Positions 1 to 11,800 of a stretch of 64,000 nucleotides of DNA are shown here, piece by piece. Every line of letters starts with the position of its first letter. The first letter of the stretch is position 1. The notes beneath the pieces were generated by a model. The model was not told the DNA's origin. It saw nothing but the letters and a program-made list of their open reading frames with translations, and ran no database searches. Location of the stretch: NCBI GenBank assembly GCA_964252035.1, contig OZ176200.1. One strand, written 5' to 3'. The position numbers were made by a program, and so were the translations under genes. The stretch is from Podarcis erhardii (taxonomy: Eukaryota).

Positions 1-415
1 CAATAGCATCAATGGCATTAGATAACTGACTTCTTTTATTGTATCTCTGTTTGTGAAAGAGGAAGCCAATGAACTTTCACCATTGTGTCACCCTGTCCTG
101 TACTCCAAATCTGTTAGCATTAGTAGCAGGTTGTGAGGCCCAGACAAAACCATGCCGATGTTCTTTACCAACTGCTGGTTGGTCATCCTGATCTGATTAA
201 TGGATGAGTAATCAATGAAATGACTTTATAAAAAAGATATTGGTGAAAGGACATTTTCATTATTTTGCATTTTAAGACCATTAGCAAGGTTTGAATAACT
301 CTAATTGTCAAGGCACATTATATCAATAGACCACCCATATCCAACTATTTTAATTGATTTAGAATGCATGATGTTCCAGAACTCATGTTTATTATATTGA
401 TCAGATGGCAGGCAT

Positions 416-745
416 ACATACCTGAAGGAGCGTCTCCACCCCCATCATTCAGCCCGGACGCTGAGGTCCAGCGCCGAGGGCCTTCTGGCGGTTCCCTCAT
501 TGCGAGAAGCAAAGCTACAGGGAACCAGGCAGAGGGCCTTCTCGGTAGTGGCGCCCGCCCTGTGGAACGCCCTTCCAGCAGATGTCAAAGCGATAAACAA
601 CTACCTGACATTCAGAAGACATCTTAAGGCAGCCCTGTTTAGGGAAGTTTTTAACGTGTGATATTTTACTGTATTTTTGGTTTTTATGGAAGCCGCCCAG
701 AGTGGCTGGGGAGGCCCAGCCAGATGGGCGGGGTATACATAATAA

Positions 746-779
<34 letters not shown>
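416..779 (+). mobile_element. L2-clade LINE 3' end with (TAT)n tail
   Basis: Degenerate L2 ORF2 C-terminus (the intact-frame version is read in the 5005-5390 copy) followed by a 3' UTR and a (TAT)n tail; near-identical in inverse orientation to 5005-5390. Confidence 0.85.
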
Positions 780-1543
780 GTACAATTTTAAATTGATAAA
801 TGTTCACTTCTGTAACTGCAGAGACTATTCAACCTTCAACCATGTGTGAAGTATCTTGTGCTGAATGGGACTCTCTCTGTGTGACTGTTTCCTCCTCTGA
901 ATTTCTTGACTCTCCTCTGCTTTTCCTGTTTGAATGGAATAAGGAGTCTCTGTTAAGAGACCTTGGACAGCATCCCATTGAATCCTTTCACTGTGATTTC
1001 AGAGTGAGCCAAGATACCATCTCTCTATTAAATTCCTTTAGGAAAGCACAATTTCTCCAAGTGTTGAAAAAAATCATAGCCTTTCCAAGAGATCATGGAG
1101 AGACAACAGTTCAGAACAGAAGAACAAGCAAATGAATCAAGTACTCTGTGTGTGTCAGGTTGGTTTGTGGAATCTAATTTTCTGTTACAATTCACTGTAT
1201 GCTCAGTGCCTTTCAGATGAAATTTATAAGTGTATTAGTACACTAAAGAACTGCATTACACAATTCATCTTGGAGACTGACCCATGATATGAATAATAAA
1301 GGAATGTGCTTGAAATAAATATTTGAAAAATACTTTAAGGAAATGTTAGATTGGATATAGTGTTGAAGCATAAACTTGTTCCCTTTTGAGTGCATATGTT
1401 GTAGATGGCTGCACAAAACATATTGCCACACTACGCATAACGTTTTATCTTAATTACTAAAATAACATGTGAGTGGTGGACCATTTCAGTGGTTATTTGG
1501 CGACCATACATTTAGAGAGCTATAACAAGAATTTAATATAGGG

Positions 1544-2952
1544 CTTTGGTTTTCAACCAGTGTGCCGTGGCACTCTGGAGTGACTTGAGAAACGTTCAGG
1601 AGAGACAGGGGAGCTGTCCTTTCATTAACTTATAGCTCATATCTTCCTTCATTATCTCTCTCTTTCCTTCTTAGGAACATTCAGGGGAGCTGGCAGCTTT
1701 AACTTGCAGCCCATTATCTTCCCGAAATAAAACAACAGCAAAACTGTTTATCTTCTTAAAATCTTCCCCCCAACAAAAATCTTCCTCTCAGCTTCACTAA
1801 GTAACAGTTCCTTAGTTTTACACAGAGGGCTTGAGAAATGCAAGAAAATAGCAAAGTAGCTTTATGGTGTGTGTGCCAAGATGTGTGTGTGCTCTATAAG
1901 AAGGGATTTAAAATAACCTTGAAAGTGTCTGTGTTTCCCTCTCCTACCTCCAACATCCCTCCCTCCCTCTTCTTCTCTATATCTCGCCACAGGCACTCCC
2001 CTCTTCCTTAACAGTCACCAAACTTTATCAGGACAGGGAGAATGTTGCAGAAAAGGACAGTGTCAACTTACACAACACTGTCAAACTGATAGTTACGTAA
2101 ATTCAACTAACAAATATACCCACAACGTAACTAGCTGTGTTTAACTATATAAATTCCTTATACATCATATAAACATAAGTCTTTTCACATTATCTAATTG
2201 AGTAGAAGAAATTAAGAACCAACATTTAGAACAGGAAATAAAAATAGATCAGTTCTTATATACGTAATGTCCAAATAGAAGCTTTTGTGTTCCACGTATG
2301 TACAAATGAATCAATTTTTTAAAGCATAATGTCCAAATAAAAGCTTTTTGTGTTCCACGTGTGTCTTAGCGAATACAAGTGTCAAATGCAACAACTTTAA
2401 GGAGCAGGCTTGCAAAAGATGAACTTTTCTTTGTAATGTTCCACATCTGCCTTTGCAAAGTATGGTTGTTGTATGCAGCTGCTGTGTGCAGGTATCAGAC
2501 AAAGGATACGAAAGATCTTAACATGTGCCTTTGCAAAATACAGTTGTATGCCGGTGTCAGACGAAAGAACTTAAAACGTGACAAGGATTCCCGGAATAAT
2601 AACAAAATATTTCTCCTTCTGATGTTAATCTTGTTTCGCCCTCCCTCCCCCCATTTGTACATTACCGGTAATTTAGGAAAAGGCATGCTGGGGATGCCTT
2701 GCGGGATGCATCAGCTCGGTCCTGCAGAGCAGTGGCATTACTTGGGTTCCCGTCGACACATGCGTTCCCACTTACACGTGCCCCAAAAAGGCACCGAAAA
2801 GGGGCATGGCGGAATGGAGTGGGGGCGGAACGGGGAAACCCCCACTTATGCATGTCCTTTAATGGAACCCCAGTGTAAGTGACTTCCACGGAGGAGCAGC
2901 AAAAAGAACATGGTTGGTCAAGGGAGCCGTGGACTCAGGTTGAAAACCACTG
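1544..2952. mobile_element. Non-autonomous hAT DNA transposon, 1409 bp
   Basis: Left end ctttggttttcaacc, right end ggttgaaaaccactg (imperfect TIR); exact 8-bp TSD ATATAGGG at 1536-1543 and 2953-2960; tgccgtgg/agccgtgg subterminal motifs. Confidence 0.8.
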
Positions 2953-3821
2953 ATATAGGGTATCACAAAGATGACTGACATCAGAGCATATAGGAAACTA
3001 CAAAGAGAGATGCTTGAACCAAGAGCTCTTTTAATATTGCCAAGGAAATTTAACAAGATTAGAGGGCTGATAAAATGCTTTGGAGAAATCCTACAGTACA
3101 CTTTGGACACACCAAAGAGAGATGAGAAGATATAAAAATAACCAAACTTTACTGTCAACGGTACTAGAAACCTTAGCACCTAATATAGTTAGTGGGCATT
3201 TACTGGAAAATATGTGTGGAGGGAAATAATGGGGTAGGAACACTTACAAAGGAAGTCCCTTGGGTTTGAGTGCATACTTCTAATATGAAAACACCGAGAA
3301 AAGGATAAAGAAGGGATCACTGCTTCCCAACATGCAGCAAAACAGGCATATGTGTGATCTTCACATGATAGATGTCCACAAGTGTACTATACTCTTTCCT
3401 ATACTTATGCAAACCAATGTGAGAAAAATGCTGCCTATGAGGTACATCTAAAATAAAGTGGTGTTGGAGGCTTTGAGGTAAGTATCAGTCCATACTGAAA
3501 GATAGCCTTTTCAGCATTGCTTAGCTTAGTTTTTGAATTGAATAAAACAAATATGTGATCAAAAGCAGAAAACAGACCCTTGCAAAAGGACAAAGGCAAT
3601 CTTCCTGGTTGACTGAAGAGAAGAAAGTCTGTTTATCTACGGGAAAGGTAAAATAGGGTACGGAAATGTTTTGGTGAGCAACACCTGGACACACATGGGC
3701 AATGAATGTGCCTACATGGTGAAAAAAAAAGACATAGGGTGCACTTTAATACTCATTATGAGGCATATATAAAAATAAGAAAGTCAGATACTGATTTATT
3801 CTCTACATTTCTTTTATACAG

Positions 3822-6800
3822 AACCGAAATCTAGAAAATTCACTCTCTACGTTTGTGCAAGAAGAAAATGTAGATAAGAAGTATCAAGGTGAGGGATCTA
3901 TCCTTACACACATTGCAGAAAATGGCTTTTTTGGGGGGTGTATACATGTCTGTGTTATGGTGAAAAGAAAGTTGTGGCAGACAGGAGCCACCAACATGCC
4001 ACCATGATTAACTATTATTGCTTTATAAATACACAGACATGATGGGGACAGAAGGCAAAAGTTTACTCCTTTTCCCTAATTTCCAAATTGCACCTGTAGC
4101 TAGGCCCATGTAAATCAAGTGATAAATTTCTCTGGATTACATTATAATCAAAGCCTAGTCCAATTCTCATCTAAGGGAAACTAAGTGTCCACTGCCCTTT
4201 TTTACAGTGGTGTACATAAGCAAATATATGGATACGCATCTGCTTTTTCATGTACAGTGGTACCTCTAGTTATGTACTTAATTCGTTCCAGAGGTCCGTT
4301 CTTAACCTGAAACTGTTCTTAACCTGAAGCACCACTTTAGCTAATGGGGCCTCCCGCTACTGCCACGCTGCCGCTGCGCGATTTCTGTTCTCATCCTGAA
4401 GCAAAGTTCTTAACCCGAGGTACTATTTCTGGGTTAGCGGAGTCTGTAACCTGAAGCGTATGTAACCCAAGATACCACTGTACAGACAACGGCCAACTGA
4501 CGTGTGATTGCACACGCGCACACAGTTCCAAACCCAAAAGTGACCCAAAAATGCCACTAAAATATCACTAACATAGTGGAATAGGGGTGGGGTGAAAAAC
4601 TTTATGCAGGCCCCACTAACATGCAGGGGATCCTGAATAACCTCTGTGCAAAATGAGGATTGCCTGTACTGTACTGTATATATAAACAAGAATTTAAAAC
4701 AGTTTTTGTATACTCCTAAGTACAAGGCAGAGGATGACATATATTTCTGACAGGGGAGTGGCATCTGTAGTTCGTTAAGGGTACTGGGATTTGTAGCTCT
4801 TTGAGGGGTCAACTACAGTTTCCATAATTCTTTGGAGGATGTTATGTGCCTTAAATGTGTGTTGAATGTGCCTTGAAACGTATATAGTGTGGATGTGACC
4901 ATGTTGCTGCTTTTCAGTTAATAATTTCAAGGTTAGCAAAAAGTGTCTTTCAGCCATCAAATACCTGGATATACAGAAACTTTTTAAAGTTCCATCTGAA
5001 AGTTAATAATTAATTAATTAATAATACCCCACCTGTCTGACTGGTTTTCCCCAGCAACTCTGTGCGGCTCCCAACTGAATATTAAAAACACAATCAAACA
5101 TTAAAAACTTCCCTAAAAAGGGCTGCCTTCAGATGTCTTCTAAAAGTTGTGTAGTTTTTTATCTCCTTGACATCTGATGGGAGGGCGTTCCACAGGAAGG
5201 GCGCCACTGCCTGGTTCCCTGTAACTTCTTGCAGTGAAGGAACCGCCAGAAGGGCCTTGGACCTCACTGTCCGGGCTGAATGATGGGGGTGGAGACACTC
5301 CTTCAGGTATACTGGGCTGAGGCTGTTTAGAGCTTTAAATGTCAGTAACATCACTTTGAATTGTGCTCGGAAATGTACAGTACTGGGAGGGAGACAGATG
5401 CACCCCACTCAGAAGGGCATTTCACAAATACTGAACTGCCACCAAGGCTCTAACATGGGTCAACACCAACTGGGCACTAGCCAGAGGTGTAACCACCAAC
5501 AGAGTTTTTACTACTGGTTGTAGGCACTAAGATGGTTGATAGTAGGAGAGGTGCTCTTTTAGGTACATGGATCTCAAAGTGCCATCCTTCATTTATAACC
5601 AGTACAGCACTTTCAGGACCCATTTACCAATTTTGCAAGATAGTGGTATTTTAAAAATTCAAAAAAGAAAATGGGTGGGAATTGGCATCCACTTGATAAA
5701 TAAGGCTGGCAATATTCGCTGTTGTGCTTTTGCACACTTTCTGGGTTTTTTCTTTTTTTAAGGTAAGCAGACCACCACCACCCCATGCCCAGAAAAGAAA
5801 AAGATAGTGGAATGTATGGGAGGAGTGAGTATAGGGAGGGGCATAAAACTCAGGCAGCCCAGATGCATTCTACCAAGCTCTACCCGTTGGTATGGAATCG
5901 CAGTTAAAACTGTGACTGAAAAAACAGGGCTATTCAGCTCCACTTGGCAGTTGTGGAAGCAGGATGCCACAATTGGATTTTGCCCATATCTTTCTTTGCA
6001 GACACTCTAGGGGGCAATATTGAGCTATATCAGAGTATTTGTCACAGACATTTATCTTGCAATGTACTGAATTCATAGCAGAATATAGGCTTTCTGGTTG
6101 CAGAGGATATTTTGAAGACATTTTACGTCCCTTCATCTTACCTCTGTCTTTCCACTGTGTAGAACTCACTTTGGGTAAGCAGAACATCCCAATAATTGAA
6201 CCTGAGATCAAGATCAAGGGTCCCCAGCCGCTCCTCGTAGCTATGATTCCATCAATAGAACAGCGACGGAGCCTCACAAAGTCATCCATCAAACAGCACC
6301 CATTTTCCTTCCATTTACAGCCTGATGAAGAACTTAATGAGAAACAGAATGCAGGTACAGGACTGGGGTAGTTAAGCAGACAAATTTACCTGTGAGGTTA
6401 AGGGACAGAATGAGCATTTAGGAGTGAATGATCCTAATAAGAAAATTCTGCCAGATGAGGAAGACAAATTTAGGTGTGAATCTGGACAAGATGGGTACTT
6501 GTTCTCTTTAACTGGAATGTCTGTCAGACACCAAATCTAAACCATTGTATTAAGTGAAACAAGACATTGAGGAAAATTCACATCATTGCTGATTTTAGTC
6601 CAGCCAGAAATGCACTACTGCTGTTTCGTTTTGATTTGGCATTTGTGTTTCCTTTTACTTCTTTACAGGCACTTGTGTTTCATCCGAATGTCCTCGTGGT
6701 CTTGGAGTCAAACGACACAGGTACTACCGGGTCAGAACTCCTCCTGGGCACCATGACAGCCTCCTGAAATGGCATTGATTTAATTGTCTAACTTTAGGCC

Positions 6801-8373
6801 TTTTCACTTACAATTTACTTATATGATGATACATGTGCAGGAAAACATTACATGTACTTCCAGGAAGCAAGGTGGATTAGTCTTTTGCATAAAAAACAAC
6901 AAGTGTCTTGTGGCACCTTAAAGGCAAATACATTTATTGTGGCATAAGCTTTTGTGGAATACAGTATACTGCAAATAAGTATTTCATCTGTGTTTTTGGA
7001 CCTCATTTACAGCCACCCTCATCATGTATACAACCCCCCTCCCACCCCAAGAAAACCATGTGTATGCATTGTTCCCATAAGGAATTTTTTAGTGTTTAAG
7101 AGGCCACAAGACACTTATGGTGCTAGGTTTACAGTTATGTGTGTAGTGTGATGTGAATGCTCTTTACATGCTGAGGCTGTGTAAAGGGCATGTTCTGTAC
7201 TCACTGACTGTTGCCTGGTGTGTGTGTATTATAATCAGGTTAAACTAGGTGAATTGAGGCTGGGTGGCTAATGTGTGGTGTGATGTAGTTTCTATTTCAT
7301 GCAAGGTGAAACTTGGAAAGTAGCCTTGGCTAGTTGCTCTTCATTTATCTTTGAGCTATATGATAATTCAACAAATAAAAGGCTACTCGGTTGAGACACA
7401 CAAAAGTACCGGTAATCTTTGTCAGCATTCCAGCGATTGCTAATCCTGCTTGGTAAAACAACCACCACTGTATTGTATTCTCTCACCTTTTAGAACATGA
7501 ATGAAAATCAGAAATCAAGGCCAAACTACATGCTTTATTATGCTTTATTGCATATGTCTCAGGATTTTTGTTAAATGGCCGCTGGAAACTTGTTGGGATT
7601 AGGACCATGGTAGGGCCCATTTTCTACTGTGTTGCAGTCTAAATGAAATTTGCTCCTGGAAACTGCTTCTGTTGTTAGGGAGAAGCTCCTCCCCTCCCCT
7701 CCCCTCCCCTCCCTGTATACTGTGGTCCTGTTTCTATTCAGGGGTCCTTGCAACTGTTATTTAACAAACAATGCCGCCCAGACATGTTAAATACAATTGC
7801 TCAAGTTAAGAGTCTAACCCTGATAACTGACATTTTCCTGCTTTGAACTGCATGAAATGCTAATACCTTTAGGTTGTGGTTAAGTCTTGGTCCCTACTAT
7901 GTCTTTGTGAAATGAATTTCTTTCACTCTCAATTTATTAATTAATTACAAGTGCTTGTATACAACTTTTTATCTACAATACAGTATTTGAAATTTAATTA
8001 TTTAAAAGAACTATTTTTCTCCCCCAACCCTTTTTTTAGGTCCATGTGGTGGAATCCTGAAGTGCCTTCTGTGACTTTAATGCTGCGTCGAAGTCTTTCT
8101 TTGAAATCTCATAGCATTATTGACAACAAAAACCTGTGGAATCTGAACCAAAGCAGGTCACAGATTATTCCCTACCGAGAATACAAATGGAAACCACTCA
8201 AAATTGACTACATGGTTCTGAAGTCTGAAAATGAACATCATGCCAAAGTCAGGGGAACTCCAAACATGATCGGACAAAAATATGCATTACTGAAGAACAG
8301 AGAGGCTAATCCAAAGGCAAAGTTTGTGCACAAGGAACATCTTGTGCCCTCCTATGAAGCCATAGACGTTTAA
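3822..8373 (+). CDS. 3' coding exons of an unidentified gene (possibly the divergent C-terminus of AGBL2/CCP2)
   Basis: Phase-compatible GT-AG exons 3822-3888 (NRNLENSLSTFVQEENVDKKYQ), 6669-6720 (GTCVSSECPRGLGVKRHR) and terminal 8040-8373 (SMWWNPEVPSV...YEAIDV*). A further compatible exon at 1993-2096 lies inside a hAT element. AGBL2 is suggested only by its position 5' of MTCH2 in human and weak recalled similarity. Confidence 0.5.
4255..4480. mobile_element. Tc1/mariner (Tigger-like) MITE
   Basis: TIR cagtggtacct...gataccactg flanked by TA on both sides. Confidence 0.85.
5005..5390 (-). mobile_element. L2 LINE 3' fragment
   Basis: Minus frame reads FRAQFKVMLLTFKALNSLSPVYL...LWNALPSDV...FRRHLKAALF, the L2 ORF2 C-terminal signature. 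Confidence 0.85.
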
Positions 8374-10699
8374 TAACTCACAAAGAGTTAACTTGTTAGA
8401 AGGAAAGCTGGCACTCTCCTGTTGCAGGCCTATTACAAATGTTTAGCACAAAGTCTACTGCATTTTGATGATGAGAGAGAATTTGAGGTGTTGATAAAGA
8501 GGATGGGAGATTTCAGTTGTCTTATTTTTATAGGTTTGTAGCTGAGATTAACTAATATGAAAGGGCAAAGCTTTCCCCCCTGTTAAGACCTTTGGTTAGT
8601 ACAATGCATTTCAGGAAGAACACATAATTTCCACCTCTATATTTTATTCATAAGGTGAATATGTAGGAAGTACTTGCAAGGAAGTATTGGCAGGTAGGAG
8701 GTGCTGAACCTCCTTGCCCGCAGCTTCTGCAGATGCCTCACATGGCTATTTTTAATTATTCCCCACCAAGTCAGGGTTGAAAATCAGAAGAGGGGAAAGA
8801 TCCAGTGGGCATAGGATGACTCAGTGAGTGTGAGGGGTTAAACAGCCTTTCCCTCATGCTAATTCTCTATAAATTCCACTTCCACCATCAGACACGCATT
8901 CCTCAACCCTCCACCATTACTTCCCAAATTCACATTTACTGAGGTTGCATGTCATTCCACCATTTTTTTTCTTTTTGTAACCCCCCCCCCCAAAGTTTCC
9001 TATCAAATGTGTACATGAATTATTATTATTTTAATGATGAAGGGTGAATATCTGAAAACTATTACGTTGAATTAATAATAGATGATTGTGTAGCAGTGGG
9101 CACAATAATAACAGAAACAATTCTGTTGCTGTAATGTTGGAACCACACAAGGAAAAAATGCAATACTCAGGTACAAGTTTTGTTGCGTTTTTACCTCTAA
9201 AGTGGTACTGTTACTCTCTGTGAGTGAAAAGTATGTATTGTTGAACATTAAACGGCATAGTAAAGGTACTGAAGGTGCAATTCTATTTTTTTAAGTTTTC
9301 AGTTGTCATAAAATAATTGTTAGTGTTCTAAAACACACCCAAACAGAACATATTTATGTAGAAATCTATTGAATGATATTTCATTTTGCATAATGTAGCT
9401 AAAAACTATTTCTGTGAAGAATCCATCCACTCGGGTGTAAACTTTGATGACCTGTTATAAACAAGTCAGTTGTGTTACCATTAAGCTATAATTTATTCTC
9501 ACTATGAAGATTTTGGATTATAATCCAGGAAGGAACGAAGAAATCTCACATTAAATATGTGTCTGAACTGCAAATGAGAAACAGACTGGCAAATCTACAT
9601 GCATTTTCCTCTTCCTCTCTTTAGTATTAAACTAGCATCTACTAGTTTAGCATCTGCTACAATTTGTTTCTGTCAAGTAACTCTTTCACTACCTATTTTT
9701 GTCCCAAAATACACAAAAAATCTAGGAAAAGTACAATTTCATATATTTTTTAATCAGTTATTCTGGCAGGAAAGCGTATTTGAACTAAAATGCACCTTAT
9801 ATGCAGCTATAATTTTACCTTGTTCACTGTCACCTCCTGCCTTTCTTCCCTATGTGTAAGTGCCTTGGAAATTTCCTTCAGTGTCCAAATAATGGGAGAG
9901 ATGTGTTGGTTTCAAAACATTGGGAATACTTCACCTGTCCACTCCATTTTCCTTGTTGCTATTGCTGCTGCTGTTATGAGAATGAGAGGGAACTAGTTTT
10001 TTTCTGTAAAAGGGCAGGCATGTGCACCAGCAACATTTTAAAAATCAAACAGTCAATGCTTGGTTTTCTCTGGAAAGTGGGAAAGGGAGAGATGATGAAG
10101 GGAAAATTACAGTGGGGATGGACTTAAAGGATATTACATTTTGAGACCGCACAAGAGTCTAGGTGCTGAGCAACAATGCATAAGCTCTTCTCTTAACACA
10201 AGCCGGAAGCTTTGAAATGCTAGAACCATTACTTGCTTTGGTAGTATTGCATATTAACCGAATGTGGAAAATTCCTGGGTAATAATTAAAGCACTTTAAA
10301 ATGAATGCTTGATTTTGGTCTAGGCAGCTTCCCTGAGAGCAAGGATGTCCAAAGTAAGATGAGACTTGAATTGCAAACTAAATAGAGCGGCGGCGGCGGC
10401 AGCGCTTGCTTTGTTAGTTAGTTTGACTTTCTGCTAGGAAAGTGATCCTGCAAATTCTTACTGAAGAAGTCCTTTGTAGTCAATGTCAACTGTACTACAG
10501 TTCTGCCAGGAAGGCATGGAAGTAGAAGAAAAACAACAACCCTGAGTTTTCATTATCCATGAACATTTTAACTAGTAAGCCTCTAATGGTACACAGAGCG
10601 AAGAAAACCTAACGATTGCTGAAAACCTGACGTATTGGCGAATAAACTAACTATATTAAACACTCGTTGACGGTCCCGACTTCAATGCCCTCTACTACA

Positions 10700-11800
10700 C
10701 ATCCGGCGCCTGCCAATGACTTACTTATGTAGCTAAAACTGGGCGCGGATGGTGGACTCTTCTCGCGACAGCTTCTTCCCGGCCTCTCCTTCTGCAGTGG
10801 CTACTCCGATTCAAAATCTACAATTTCCTACCTCTAGATCAGAAGATTCTTAGCCCACCTACCGTGTGACGCAAAAGCCTATTTTTTTCTCTTATTGGCT
10901 ATCAGAAACAGATCTAAGAAGCACGACGAGAAATGCCAAGAGAAATTCAATGGGGCGGGGGGATGTAGAGTTGTAGTCCTCGCTGACACTTCAGTTCTAG
11001 ACCCCTTTTACCACCGAGCTGCAAAGCTATAGAGCGGCGACCATAGAGAATCATAGCTTTCGAGTTGGTGGGCTTTTACCGGAAGTTCAGGCTGCAGGTC
11101 ACTGTCAATATTGCTCCCCCCCCCATAGGCTAGGCCTATCGCGCTCTAGAAGTGGCAGAAACAGGGACTAGCTGGAACCGGAAGTAGTTGGAGTGGGCGG
11201 GGAGGGAAAGGACGTGGAGGCAGCGGCTCGAGCCGTATCTTCCTCCACCGCAGGTCACGTGGAGGTGGCGCGGTAGCCTCTGCTTCCACCTGCCCCCCAC
11301 CCCCTCGGCGGAGCCCGGCGCGGCTGCAGCATGGCGGACACGGCCTCTCAGATGCTGCTGGGCTCCGGCCTCACGGTGCTCTCGCAGCCGCTCATGTACG
11401 TGAAGGTGCTCGTGCAGGTGAGGCCTTCAGTCCTGGCAGGTTTTCCTTGCTCGTGAGGGCGGCACTGAGTGGGTGGGAGGAGGTCAAAGAAGCCCCAGGT
11501 CGCCTCCCGCCCTCGCTCACTGGGGAAGAAGTTGCCTCCTCGCTCCCAAACGCGTTTCCATAGCAGCGCCTCCCCTCCCCGCGTAGCCAGCAGCCCCTCG
11601 GAGTAGCGGAGTCGCCCTTCGCCTTGGGTCGTATTCGGGCCTTGCTTTGCTTCAGACTTCCTTTTCGCAGGGCGGCGGCTGCTCGCCTCCCTACCCCGAG
11701 GCGTAGCAGCCGCGCCGCCGCCCCGGCGAAGGAAAAAGAAAGCCGCTCGTAGGGACGCGGGAAGCGCTTCCTCACTTTCGCACCATCCAGACAGCAGGCG
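10700..11800 (+). promoter_or_regulatory. CpG-island promoter of MTCH2
   Basis: CpG-rich; ETS/GABP CCGGAAGT at 11079-11086 and 11178-11185; ZNF143-like gagttgtagtc near 10970; TCTCGCGA core near 10762. Confidence 0.8.

Noticed and set aside
800-1135. 111-aa ORF after a possible acceptor
   Set aside because: No recognisable motif, no usable donor, and I could not chain it to the downstream exons.
1675-1800. Exon-like segment with strong acceptor and GT donor
   Set aside because: Its only long frame ends in TAA at the donor and it is not phase-compatible with 1993-2096; it lies inside the hAT element.
2379-2882. 167-aa ORF as possible hAT transposase
   Set aside because: No BED finger, DDE or hATC motifs visible.
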